From: Curvularia clavata
Taxonomy: Eukaryota
DNA length: 64,000 nucleotides
Assembly: GCA_023920165.1 (NCBI GenBank)
Contig: CP089275.1
Location: 3,348,001-3,412,000 of the forward strand
Direction of reading: 5' to 3'
The notes beneath the pieces are model-generated. The model did no database searches, was not told the DNA's origin, and saw only the letters and a program-made list of their open reading frames with translations. The translations under genes and the position numbers were made by a program. Below, one piece after another: positions 52,515 through 64,000 of the stretch. Every line of letters starts with the position of its first letter. The stretch's first letter is position 1.

Positions 52515-53625
52515 GTTTCGACCTCCGTGCCATGTGTAGCCTTACACTGACTTATGCATGGATATCTCTGAGACGCCTTGCATTGCCAGCGGAATTGAAT
52601 ACGGAAGGTCGGGCCTGCCTCAGCCACGTGTAGTCTAGCAAGACATCATGGATCGCAGGGCCTGGAATAGCGGGTAGTCAAACGTACGGAGTTGTGACAG
52701 GGTGTTATCTCCACCAATAATGTCGTCCAAGGAGTACAAGCACTGCGAAAGCTTGGTGCCTCCCATGTGATTGGAACCGAGTCAATGCTTGACAGACAGC
52801 ACGGTCTAACCTAGATCGTGGTCTTGGGAACGAATCATGAAAATGTCGATATGTTACCATGACAGCAATCTACGGAGATTCTGTGGGGTTCAGACAGGCG
52901 TCTTGACAGGGTCCCAATCTAGCCGCGGCGACACGCGCAGAACTCCGCGTCATTTAGAAGGGTCGGCATTCCCAAGCACACTTTCGGTATCGATCCGTTG
53001 ATGGTATGCAGCACGGTTGTTCCAAGTGTGTGTCAAGTCGAACCGACAGCTACATGTTTTGCCTAGCGGCGCCAAGCTGAAACCATGGTGTGGAATATGA
53101 ACAACGATTCTTGGCTAAGCGACTATCTTGAAACCCAAGCGAAGACTCAGCCAACGGGAGGGCTGAGACCATCCGCTGTCCCTGTCTCAAGAATGCTTGG
53201 TAAAAGCTTGATTGCTGTTTGACATCGCATTGCAAGGCTGCGCGCAGGCTATTGTTGCCTGGGGATGAAAAGTTGGGCTTGACTGGCTGTGGCGAAGCCG
53301 TCACAACGGACCTGTTTCATCCACTCCGCGCTCCTGCGTCAGTTGGAGTTCTGGCTGCGATCTTGACGTCGTTGCATTGACGGTTGGGGTTTCACGACGA
53401 GGAGGCACACTGTAAAGCACTATCTCCCCTACGTACCTTTTCCATTCGTCACATTTACATTTTTTTTTGTCTTTGTCAATTCGCTGAGCCGGTACTCTCT
53501 CTTTCCATCGCAGGTCGACCTACGTAATTTTTGTTTCTTCTTCCCACCTCCACATTATCTGTTTTCATTTACACATTTCTGCCTCGGGTTGACCATTCAC
53601 TTTGCTGTTGCCGACCGGATTCACC

Positions 53626-54600
53626 ATGGAGAAATACACAGATACCAGCTCACAAGATGTCGACTCGGAAAATGCGTCCCTTATGAACAACCAGACTCAA
53701 AAAGACGAAACTTCAAAACGACGACAAAGCTTTGTCTACCTCACACTCTTCAACCTCTTTCTCTTCACACTGTCCATGCTCTCGATGATATGTGCGGTGA
53801 TGTCGCAACGGGATTCATCAGGCAATGCGGCCGCTAAACTCATGGACCAATTCGATATTTTCTGTATGGCAACCCGTGTCTTCCTACGACAAGACTCGCG
53901 AAAAGAAGGAACAAACTAACAATTCCACAGCACCCGCAATGCATGAAATCGAATACAGCCACACCAAATTCTCTTTCGCCAACCCCCTCAACTCCTCCAA
54001 ATATGTCGGTACCAGCGAAGAGGTCGACAACGCCTGGTGGGACATTGCCTTCCGTAAGTCCCTCCTCACCCCCTTTCCTTCCCGCATTCTAATCTCACAC
54101 ACGAACTATAGTCCCCGACCAAATGGTCTCCAAAGCCGACTTCCCCAAGCTGCGCAAGCCCGCCGACGCACTTCAAGTCACGGACCCCAAGACAGGCGAG
54201 ACAGGATACCGTGTCGGCCTCGAAGTCTTCCATCAACTCCATTGCCTCAATCTCCTCCGCATGTCAACATATCCCGAGCACTATACCAAGGTCTGGTGGA
54301 GCGATACCGCGGATGAGTCGGCCAAGGTGCGCGCGCATTTGGGTAAGTTAGCCCCTTTTCCTTCTACCCCTTCTTCTCTCCAACTTCCATGGAAAACAAG
54401 GTAGCTAATGCAAAACAGACCACTGCATCGAGATCCTACGTGTAAACCTCATGTGTCTCTCTGACGTCAACGTCTTCACCTTCCATCCAATTGAAGGCCA
54501 AGGCTACTGGCCCGACTACGATAGCCACCACGTGTGCAGGAATTTCGATCGCATCAAAGATTGGGCGAAGGAGCATGCGATGCCCGCGGCGGATGTTTGA
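53626..54600 (+). CDS. DUF3328 / UstYa-family oxidase (fungal RiPP tailoring enzyme), 257 aa, 4 exons
   Basis: Exons 53626-53863, 53931-54053, 54112-54342 and 54419-54600 total 774 nt. N-terminal TM helix, VDNAW, EVFHQLHCLNLLR, HLDHCIEILRVNLMCLSD and HVCRNFDRIKDWA. Both HxxHC motifs are present. Confidence 0.95.
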
Positions 54601-54989
54601 GTGGTAGTTACCGTTCGAGAAAAAGAAAAGCGGACGAGCGTGTATAGAGGTTCTTATATAGTTGTATCATTAGATAAGCCCGTATAGACTATGGGGCAAA
54701 TTTTTGTAAATGAAAGATTTTGTGGAGACTTTTTATTTTTACTTTTATTTTGGACGCATGATTGTTGGTTTCTTTGTGCTATTGTGTTTTCGAAGTACGC
54801 TGTCCTGACATGAGATCTGGAATACCTTAATCATTGCAATGAGACAGTCAAGATTGTTTTGAGGTACATATGATAAACCCCAGGTCATTTCCTTTGGTTA
54901 TTTATTTTAGTGAGTTGAGGGCGGTCTACTTCCCCCCTTTTTTTTAAGATACTTTTAATTCTATTTACTACAAGCGAACCTGTAGTACC

Positions 54990-55027
54990 AAAAAAAGAAA
55001 AGAAAAGAAAGAAAGAAAGAAAGAAAA
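54990..55027 (+). repeat. (GAAA/GAAAA)n purine microsatellite
   Basis: aaaaaagaaaagaaaagaaagaaagaaagaaagaaaa within an AT-rich intergenic region. Confidence 0.8.
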
Positions 55028-55538
55028 TGCTTACAGAAGTCAGATTCGACTACAAAATCATTTCCTTTTTAATTTTCAATACATAGTAAGCTGAGAACGA
55101 CTTGCCTTTTTTTGGAAAAATAAAATAAACACAAGTGCTGATACGCACACGAACTAAAGGTAAAAGAGTACATAATATCAAGATAAAAAATTGGCATCAT
55201 GTCACAAGAAAGACAATAGGCAAGTTCTGATGCAACGTTCATCTTATATTGTACACATTGCGGATCGTCGTGATATCCTCATGATGTCACATATGATACA
55301 TGCGCGCTGCTCTTGAGCGCAGTCGTCCGTCCTAGTAGTGACGTGTCGTGGGCTAGATGCATCCATCATACCCAAACTTCCTAGCCCAGAGTCATTTCTG
55401 GATTCTTCTTCCACCCGCTTGTTTTCCACCTCCCACCCCACTGGATTTCCTATAAGCGAGGAGTATACCATCCAGCAATGCGATGGATGCCCAAAGAAAA
55501 TTTCTTACAACTCCAGAGTGTGGTTCGTGCGCTGTTTC

Positions 55539-56777
55539 TTATACAATAACTTCACCACAGTCGATATAGTTCGGCCGCCATTTGCTGGTGTCCAGTTCGC
55601 CCTCTGTGCTGCTGGGCACTGTGACCTCGACAGGCTTGTACAAATACCATGCTTTCAATGCTGCTGCCGCTGCTCTTGTCCTCGCCTCATCCAATGAACT
55701 GCCTGCTCCCTCACCCAGCTTGTCCTTTCCACTGTACACACCTACAACAAACACAGGATGTCTGCTTAGACGTCCAGTCTCAGAGATGAGTCGTGCGATC
55801 GGTGGCTCAAACCCTTCTCGTGCACATAGCGTTGAAAGATCCCGGGTTGGTGTGCGGAAGTCAAAAAGCGAGCTGATGTCGAGATGCCTGCTGAGGAAAT
55901 GGTCGCGGAAAAAGCGCTTGACGAGGGGAGAGCCTAGGTGTTGGTGGAGTGCGCCGAAGAGGGCCCGGACGAACGATTGTGCGGCCTCCTCCATCGGCAC
56001 GCCTGTCTTCTGAAGGGCATGTGGGCTGGGTGCGGCATTATCCGAGCCAAATTCGTCTGTCTTCATAATTTTGTGTGTTGTGGTGACGTTCCAGCTCCAT
56101 GGTGCCTGTCGTCTCAGAGCAGCTGGGATATCATCTCCGGATCTTATTCGCTTGAACTGTAGCAGGCCGGGGTCTACCTCACCACCGGGTTCGGCCGCCG
56201 CTTCGATACCCCATTCACGTGCTACGGTTGCTAGTGCCTTGGGGCCAATATAGGCTTCGACTGCAGCAAAAACAACAGCCATTGGCAGCCGTGGGTAGTT
56301 GCACAGGATCCATTCGGATGTATAGTAGCCAAGTAGATGGCGTCCGAGTATCGACAGTGAGGCATTGTTGAAAGCGGGATTGGGGTCTGCGGATGGATGT
56401 ACGAGGGTTCGGGCGAGAGCCTGAAGGGGAAATCGGGGTGGTAGTGATAATCGACTCCGGAGGGCGTGGAGTTTTATCGAGCGCTCGGCGGCGTGTGGGT
56501 GTGGGGAGGGCAGGCTCTCAAGTGGGAGAGGGTGCGAGCCAGCGGGCCGTGAGTGGTTTGCTGATGATGATGCGCCAGAATTTGCTGCAATCTCTATTTC
56601 CAGATCGCCATCATGTGGTATAGCGACTGTTGACTGGAGGCGTGCGTGTATGCGGTGGCTATGTGGTGCAATTGCTCGGGGAGCATTCTTCGCCGCGGCA
56701 TATGGGCAAGAGGGACGGCGTGGCAATGGCTGGGCCAGCAATTGCGAGGCACATCTTGATATGGGTATGCGCTTCAT
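55539..56777 (-). CDS. MRPL3: Mitochondrial ribosomal protein mL44 (RNase III-like + dsRBD)
   Basis: Presequence MKRIPISR; NASLSILGRHLLGYY..YPRLP; PTRDLSTLCAREGFEPPIARLISETGRLSRHPVFVVGVYSGKDKLGEGAGSSLDEAR. Confidence 0.92.
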   Translation of the reverse strand: MKRIPISRCASQLLAQPLPRRPSCPYAAAKNAPRAIAPHSHRIHARLQSTVAIPHDGDLEIEIAANSGASSSANHSRPAGSHPLPLESLPSPHPHAAERSIKLHALRSRLSLPPRFPLQALARTLVHPSADPNPAFNNASLSILGRHLLGYYTSEWILCNYPRLPMAVVFAAVEAYIGPKALATVAREWGIEAAAEPGGEVDPGLLQFKRIRSGDDIPAALRRQAPWSWNVTTTHKIMKTDEFGSDNAAPSPHALQKTGVPMEEAAQSFVRALFGALHQHLGSPLVKRFFRDHFLSRHLDISSLFDFRTPTRDLSTLCAREGFEPPIARLISETGRLSRHPVFVVGVYSGKDKLGEGAGSSLDEARTRAAAAALKAWYLYKPVEVTVPSSTEGELDTSKWRPNYIDCGEVIV

Positions 56778-57001
56778 GAAGAAGACTGCACAGAAACAGC
56801 GGGAGAGGAGGGCAGCAAGGCGGAGTCGACGGCAGCAGCAATTGGGCGCTCGTGTGGTCTCTTGTCGAGTGATGATGGCCACCAAAGAATTTCCGCCAAG
56901 ACTGCGCGGTCCGTGCTAGCCCTACTACGCATGCGACAACGACCTCACCCAGCTCCGACGACAGCAGAACCCCCACGAAGACCCGCATACTCACAACCAC
57001 A

Positions 57002-57394
57002 ATGGGCGGCGGAGGAAAGATCCCGTATGGACTCCCCAGGACGCCAATTGCACGCAGCACCGACACTAAACATGGAATAGATACCCCAAGCACGTCTGGT
57101 CGCCGGCCGGTGGTTGGTACGCCCAACCCGCCAACTGGAAAGCCAATACAGCCGTCGTAGGCCTCGCCCTCGGCAGTATCGTCGGCATGGTCTGGATGCT
57201 CAGCGCAAACCGTGAATACCGTGATAAGATGCCCGAGCGCCACCGCTTCTTCCCCAGCCGATAGTACGATCCGCGTTCCCCTCCACTCGGTACAATGCAA
57301 CCCAAGCTAACCACTGCACAGCTGGAGCAAGCAAATCAGGGAGCACGAGCGGAAACAAGACCAGAGTTTGATTGAGAAGACGCTGGATAACTAG
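57002..57394 (+). CDS. Small single-TM mitochondrial complex I accessory subunit-like protein (NUUM/KFYI-type), 92 aa, 3 exons
   Basis: Exons 57002-57024, 57081-57263 and 57322-57394 give MGGGGKIPYPKHVWSPAGGWYAQPANWKANTAVVGLALGSIVGMVWMLSA...FFPSRYWSKQ. Canonical introns. The family assignment is from memory of the YPKxVWSPxGGW motif. Confidence 0.75.
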
Positions 57395-57437
57395 GGGAGT
57401 GGTATCAGGATTGGGGAAACACTGCGGCGACGACAGG

Positions 57438-58602
57438 CTATGGCTGTATATAACTAGCCAGCCGCTGCTTGAAATCTGAAAGCCTATTTTCGACAAAAAC
57501 ACCGTTCCATGTCTCTCCGGAGTCCGAATGAGAGAGCACAGGCATGCCGACTTGTTCAATGGCAAAGCTGGCTGATATTGACCCCCACATTGCACCCTCT
57601 TCTATATTGTCCATGAATAAGCCGTGTTTTCCACGCACGAGGCCAACCGCAAGCCCGCCCAAGAAGCTGTTGCCTCCACCCGTGGGATCAACCACCTTGT
57701 CCGCTGATTGGTGATAGGCAGGCATCCATTTGCGTTCGCCTCTGCGCGCCACGAGGCAGCCGTCTTTTCCACACCGGACCACAACCCCACCATTCCCGTC
57801 TGGTCCAATTCCACTGCTTAGCCATTGACTACTCAGCTCTTCAATCGCGCGAAAATCGACTCGATCTGGCCCGTCTGTGCTCTTGCCGAAGAAGCCGCCA
57901 AGTTCACCATGGTTAGGACTGATGATGTCAATGTACTTGAGTGCTTTCCGGCAATTGTCCAGTTCTTCAGGAGTGCATAGATCGGGGACCGGCTCCCATA
58001 TGAACATGGGGCGAGGGGCCTCAGTTGAATTGTCCTGCTGCTCGCGGAGAGCAACGATGTTTTCGACCAGATCAATGCAACGTAGAGGTGAGCAAATCAA
58101 GTGGAAAGACTTGGACCATAGCAAAGGTGTGCCTATGAGTGCTTTGTGGTCCAATCGCAGTTTTGGCGTCATGTATCGGAAGGCTGCACAGGTTGAAATC
58201 AGAATCCGATGTGCAATACAGTAGCTGATACGTACCTCGATGCTCATTTTCTCCCTCATAACCATTCCATCCCCGCGTCGTCAGCCGATCGGACGTCTCA
58301 CGCATGAGCACGCCAGTGTTCCACTGGGCAATGTACTCGCGCAACTCATAAGGAAAATCTGACCCGCAGTCTACGATCCAGCCCACTCCTTTGGACTGTG
58401 GCGGGGGAGAGAAGATGCGTGCGCCCAAAGCGGAATATGTTCCTGCTCCGCCGACGATATCCTTGACTGGGGGCTTTGGTGGAGGAAATTCAATCTCGTC
58501 TTGCATGATTCAGTGCATTGCCAGATGGCATATTCTTAAGCACATACCAATGATGAACATTCCAAGAGTACAAAAGTCGATCTTCTGGTCTTGTTCCGCC
58601 AT
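57438..58602 (-). CDS. PfkB/ribokinase-family protein (Mak32-like), 3 exons
   Basis: DFCTLGMFIIDEI, GGAGTYSALGAR, IWEPVP, ISPNHGEL and the PfkB signature VVDPTGGGNSFLGGLAVGL. Confidence 0.88.
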
Positions 58603-58992
58603 GTCGAAATTAGCGGCGATGTTTTGTGTATGTTCTGTAGTAGTTCTAGATGGTAGTCTGCCGCTGACGTGCATTCGCCGGACAGACCGCGCTTGGCTGC
58701 AGACGGCTAGCGCAACGTGGGCAGCCGGCCATGCGCCGCCTATGCGCCTTGAACAAACGGACCTTGTATCTTCAATTGCAGAGTATTGTAATCCTTTGCC
58801 GAGCAGCTCTATTTCCCAGTTTCTAGGCACTGGTGCTGTCTGGCCATAGCCAATTGTTTCTCCTCAGCCATTCAAAACGTCGCACGGGCTCCAGCGTGCC
58901 GTCTGTGACTTGCGACCCCCCTTGCCAGCGCCCAAGGTAGCAGACCGAGCAGACGTACCTTCCCTACAAACGCACCAACGCGCCTTCCCCGC

Positions 58993-60890
58993 ATGGCTAA
59001 CAACATGAACAACCTGACGACGCTGATCAAGCGGTGAGTTCCTGTTGCCTTTGCTCTCCAGCCCTTCACTCCCTGCTGCCACCATCCTCCCATCGAACCA
59101 CTAGGCAACATCTCCCCCGCCTTGCCCTATAACCACTTCAGACCATGGCCGAGGGGCCTCACCCGCAACATGTCCTCGGCTCATCTGGACAGATCCGTGT
59201 CATAGCAGACAACGTACTGACATCGATGATCCACAGGCTCGAAGCAGCCACCTCGCGTCTCGAAGATATTGCCAGCTCAGTCCTCCCAAACAGCAATGAT
59301 GGACTCGGTAGCGCCAACGGAGCTTCGACAAGTGCCGCTGCTGGCGTAACACAATCAAATGCCAATGCCAGTACCCCCACACTAGTTCCTGAGGCGGCAG
59401 CGCTGCCCCCAGCAATCGAGGCCTTCGATGAGCTAGTCAACTCGGAATTGAAGAACTGGCTAGAGCTGAGTGGAAAGCTGGGAAGCGTCATCGAAGGGCA
59501 ATCCAAGGCTGTTGAGGGAGCTTTTGCTGCCGAGCGCCAGTTCCTCTTCATCGCCAACAAGGCCAAGAAGCCCGACGACCGCACCCTGATGGAGCTTCTG
59601 AAGGACCTCCAGGCAAACATGGAGAAGACGGACGAGTTCAGGCAGAGCAACCGAGACCCGGCTTTGAAGGACCCCCTTTCCATGGTTGCTGATGGTGTGG
59701 GATCTCTCGGCTGGGTTACCATTGGCAAGGGCGGAGGCACCAAGCCCTACGAGCATATTAACGAGCTGTTTGGCGGGGCTCAGATGTATGGCAACAAGGT
59801 GCTTAAGGAGTACCGTGACAAGTAGGACCTTCTCTGATCTGAACTTGGTTTGAGACTAACGTATCCAGGCCCGAAGGCGAATTGCATGTCAAGTGGGTTC
59901 AAGCTTACTACAAGCTCTTCAAGGCCCTGTCCGAGTACGCAAAGAAGCACCACACCACCGGCGTAGCCTGGAACAACGATGGCATCGACGCCAAGGAAGC
60001 CGCAAAGCAAGTCGCTGGTGGATCTAGCATACCTGCACCACCCGCTCCTCCAGCGGGAGGCGTCCCACCACCGCCTGGCCCTCCCCCACCACCAGGCCCA
60101 CCACCACCGCCTGGCGCGGCTCCCGCAGCTAAGAAAGCTGCTCCTGATATGAATGCAGTTTTTGGTGAGCTCAACAAGGGCTCAGATGTAACCAAGGGAC
60201 TCCGGAAGGTCGATCCAAGCCAAATGACGCATAAGAACCCGTCATTGCGAGCAGGCTCGGCTGTGCCTGAACGCAGCGATAGTACTGGCAGCTTGGGCAG
60301 GAGCAAGAGCCCTGCACCACCCAAGGCGAAGAAACCGGAGAGTATGCGAACAAAGAAGCCCCCTAAGAAGGAGCTGGATGGAAACAAGTGGATAATAGTA
60401 AGTCTTGTCCTAGATTTGCAAACGAAAAACATCAGATTTACGTGCTAACTTATCGCAGGACAACTTTGACTCGCCAAGCGAGATTATTGAAATCGACGCT
60501 GAGATCAACCACTCTATCCTTATTTCACGCTGCAAGAACACAACCATCCGCGTCAACGGCAAGGCCAATGCGCTTTCTCTCGACAACTCATCACGCACAT
60601 CCCTCATCATCGACTCAATGGTCAGCTCCATTGATGTCATCAAGTGCCCCAACTTTGCACTCCAAGTCATTGGAACCCTGCCTACCATTCTGCTAGACCA
60701 GGTGGATGGCGCTACCGTCTACCTGTCCAAGGAGTCACTATCAACCGAGGTCTTCACCAGCAAGTGCAGCAGCGTAAACATCAACCTGCCCACTGAAGAC
60801 GACTACGCAGAAAACCCGCTACCCGAACAGATCAGGAGCTATGTCAAGGACGGCAAGCTTGTGAGCGAAATTGTGGAGCATGCAGGTTAA
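58993..60890 (+). CDS. SRV2: Adenylyl cyclase-associated protein (CAP/Srv2), 4 exons
   Basis: LTTLIKR|LEAATSRLEDIA (RLE motif), poly-Pro region, VTKGLRKVDPSQMTHKNPSLR and a C-terminal CARP domain ending EIVEHAG. Confidence 0.95.
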
Positions 60891-61830
60891 ATAGGAGATG
60901 GCTATGTCTTGACTGACTGTTTGCGGACGATTTGGATACGAAAATCTTGACTTACTGGATCTTGAAGTATAAGGCTTCTTTTGATAGAAACCGAGTCCCT
61001 CACTTCAATCACGAAGTCTTGTTGCATCGTTTGCGTTGTGTAGCATACAGGATTTCTCCATAGAACCTATCTTCATCCTCAAAGCAATCGTACTTTGTGC
61101 TGACTACACCGTCTTTCTAGTAGTTTGTCCATTGCCGTGAAAACACTCACTGTCTACCCATTGTTCGTTGATGCTAGTTTTTCTTTATTTCTTGTTTCTG
61201 TGAGATGCAGTCAGAGAAGAGCCACTGTAGCTATCAAGACTCGAGTTATACCACAAGTTGAACCATGCAATAATTCGCACAAGAAAAAGGGAAGCTTTCA
61301 TTCTTTCTGTCTATATTCATGAAAAACAAACGCTCGCGTTGCTAGTGCATGCTAGAGGAAGGAAGGAAAAGCATAGAGAAGGGCAGTGCAGTGCAGGGCA
61401 AAAGGGTAAAGGGTATCAAATGGAGGATGGAATGAAAATGTATTCGTAAGACGATGAAAACAAAAAGTCATCGAGAAAAGAAGCAAAAAAAATGCTATGG
61501 TATGAAAGAGAATCAAATCTCAATGTACGTAACGTAACGCTGCAACAACAGAAAGGAAGAAAGATCATCGCACATAAAACTTGCTTGCACTTCGCTGCGT
61601 TGAATTACGTCTCGATACCGTCGTCCCGGCCCCGCTCCATCCAAACTCTCTGCAAGAGTAGTGTTTCACACACACCCCTCCACATCGGCACTTTTGCCAG
61701 CCGACAAAGATGTCATACATGTTTCGCCAAGTATCACCTTGGGGTTTGTACATGTATATGTTTGACGTTACTGTTTCTCACTTCAGAACTTTTGTAATGC
61801 TGTGGCGCAGCTGTCGCATAGGAAAGCCTT

Positions 61831-63783
61831 TCACCAGCCACCGGCAGGCTCTATCCTGCGTGTCTGTGTCTGGAAATAGCCATCAAACACGCTTAGTTCG
61901 GGTTTACGTGGCGCAGGAACGCTGTGCTCCGAGATATCGACGAGCGTTGCCGTTGATGTGCCGTTGGTGAGACCGAGGGAAGCAGCAGCTTGTCCGCTGA
62001 AGCCTCCGCCATCTAAGCTTCGCCGCCGACCCCCTCCTGTAACTTTGCCACTGTTCAAGCTAGCGAGGACGAAGCTCATCTTGATCCTCTCTTTCGGTCG
62101 TGGAAAGATCATCTTCTCGATGATGCTGAGCCATTCCGCTTCCGCTTTCAGCTGCCTCTGTTTTCTGCCTGATCCAATGAGACCGGTTCTGAGGCTTGAA
62201 GTTGTGGTTGCGTGCAACCGGTTCCGCCAGCTTGCCACTCGGTCGAGGTGTGCATGGAAAGACGTGTCCTGTGTTGAAGCAGCTCTGTGCAGCGCAAAGG
62301 CCGTCAGCGATTGGCCGTGCGCTACCGTCATCATTGTTAGAAAAACGCATCCTAGCGAGAAGACATCTGCCATCCTCTTGCCACGTGAGTGTGAGTGGAT
62401 AGCTTCTGGTGCAGCATAGACATAGGACTGGTCCTGCATAATGGTGTTCAACTGGTCTATACGCAGCGTGTCTACCATTGTCGGACTGAACGTGTCAACA
62501 CTCTGACCAATATCGAAAGGTGCAAAAAAGACACGTGCTCCATCAATCAAGATCTTGCGCGGTCGGATGTTTCGATGGCAGATGGACTGCGAATGCAGAT
62601 ACTCAAGTGCCGATGACAAATCTTGCATCCAGTCCACAAGCAGTTTTGAGCGATTCGGGTCGGTTCCGGGAAGTGCCAGGAAATCGTCCAGACTATACTG
62701 TGCCCTTTCGGTCAAAATTCCCACGTGATTTGGCTGTGCATATGAACAAAGCAACTTGGCAATGTTTTTATGTTCGTACTGTCTGAACTTGATGATTTGC
62801 TCAAGCAGTGCAACTTTTTGCGCAGGACGAGCGGTAACAAACCGTTTTCGTACCAAGACACGGTCGTCGCTGGTACCAAGCATCCGAATTCGATCCACAC
62901 TCTTTTCAGAGTTGCGCGATGACCGGACTAGACTGAGGTGCTGCAATGGAAGCGTTTCTCTGGCAGTGAAATCGACGTGACCTCCGTTCAATGGCAGTTC
63001 CTTGGATGTAGCACGCCATTGCTCCTCGACAACCTTTCGCGCGTTCGCTACGATACCTTGTAAACGATCCTCAGGGAATGGCAGACTCTCGTCCCTAAGG
63101 TCGAAAAAAGAAGCCTGTCGCCACGACGCTACGTCATCGCATACGAACAACAGTATTGCAAGCCTGGGGTTCGACAGTGTCCACTGCCAAATCTTCTTCA
63201 CAAGCGCAGCATCCCAACCCTGTTTCCGAACAAGTTCATAAAACCATCCAGAGAGCGACTGGCCTTGAGACGACAAAATCGATGTATTGATGAACCCATT
63301 TACCAAGGGGACTAGTGGAGGGGCGGGCTGGCGGTAGGGATTCGGCGAGCCAGGGTACTCGCCGCTTCTGAATGACTCTCCAGATGCCGAGGGAGGCGGA
63401 GATAGCGGCGCAAACCCTGCTACCGCGTTGATAATCCGTATTGGTTGGGGGGCGAGGGGTGTTGTGGATCGGCTGTATTGCGGAGTACGATCTGGGCTGC
63501 TGCTTTTGGGCGACGAGGAATCTGTGGATTTGTTCGAGTAAGTCGAAGCTGGGCTGGTCATGACATTGGACCATGGGTTGTTATTCATTTTTGTAGGCGT
63601 CGTACTCCGGCTTGTGCAAGACGAAACAGAGGATGTCGCTGGAGACGAAACATCGCGACTGTTGTACCATGGCTGGTCGTTTTGGAGGTTAACCATGGAA
63701 ATGGTATGCTGCAGCCCATGCTGTGGTTTGGGATACTCCATTGCTGGCGTACGCCATGGAGAATTCGAGGCGTGCTGCATCAT
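61831..63783 (-). CDS. Protein kinase-fold protein, probable pseudokinase
   Basis: Kinase subdomains HKNIAKLLCSY, ALEYLHSQSICHRNIRPRKILID, YAAPEAI and ADVFSLGCVF. HRD is replaced by HRN and there is no DFG. Confidence 0.8.
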   Translation of the reverse strand: MMQHASNSPWRTPAMEYPKPQHGLQHTISMVNLQNDQPWYNSRDVSSPATSSVSSCTSRSTTPTKMNNNPWSNVMTSPASTYSNKSTDSSSPKSSSPDRTPQYSRSTTPLAPQPIRIINAVAGFAPLSPPPSASGESFRSGEYPGSPNPYRQPAPPLVPLVNGFINTSILSSQGQSLSGWFYELVRKQGWDAALVKKIWQWTLSNPRLAILLFVCDDVASWRQASFFDLRDESLPFPEDRLQGIVANARKVVEEQWRATSKELPLNGGHVDFTARETLPLQHLSLVRSSRNSEKSVDRIRMLGTSDDRVLVRKRFVTARPAQKVALLEQIIKFRQYEHKNIAKLLCSYAQPNHVGILTERAQYSLDDFLALPGTDPNRSKLLVDWMQDLSSALEYLHSQSICHRNIRPRKILIDGARVFFAPFDIGQSVDTFSPTMVDTLRIDQLNTIMQDQSYVYAAPEAIHSHSRGKRMADVFSLGCVFLTMMTVAHGQSLTAFALHRAASTQDTSFHAHLDRVASWRNRLHATTTSSLRTGLIGSGRKQRQLKAEAEWLSIIEKMIFPRPKERIKMSFVLASLNSGKVTGGGRRRSLDGGGFSGQAAASLGLTNGTSTATLVDISEHSVPAPRKPELSVFDGYFQTQTRRIEPAGGW

Positions 63784-64000
63784 TATAGAAATAGAATTCA
63801 GATATGATGGAGTTGGGCGAATGACGCGTAGGGTTATCGTCGGCGGATCTTGATATAACCGGCGGTGGCCGTGGGTGTCAAAGTGTCAAACCTGACGTGG
63901 ACGATACGATATAAGAATGCAAAAGCAAATAACAACAAGCAGCACGAGAGTGTGAGGGGGAGGGGGTGAGAGAATGGGTTGAAGAGAGCTTGGGTCCAGG

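Noticed and set aside
59159..60432. Long antisense ORFs over the CAP gene (similar ones over BSP, GYF, ABC and MRPL3)
   Set aside because: Explained by codon bias of the real genes on the opposite strand.

Overview
Gene-dense, intron-containing genomic DNA from a filamentous ascomycete (GT-AG introns with CTRAY branch points; probably Dothideomycete-like, which is inference). About 23 protein-coding genes can be supported, mostly housekeeping or transport. I found no rRNA, tRNA, CRISPR or recognisable transposon. The standout is a putative fungal RiPP (dikaritin-type) locus at about 51.3-54.6 kb that the ORF track does not show. A spliced minus-strand gene (52355..51269) encodes a 344-aa secreted precursor with 10 copies of an invariant cationic core HHQNGAKGKGKGKK separated by acidic, AR-terminated spacers. 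It is transcribed divergently from a 4-exon DUF3328/UstYa-family oxidase with both HxxHC motifs (53626..54600). A divergent ABCB transporter / Zn2Cys6 regulator pair lies next to it. Other notable items are a RING-YEATS fusion gene, a pseudokinase, a small spliced complex I subunit-like gene and a GC-AG intron. All gene models and family calls come from manual reading of motifs; no database searches were run.
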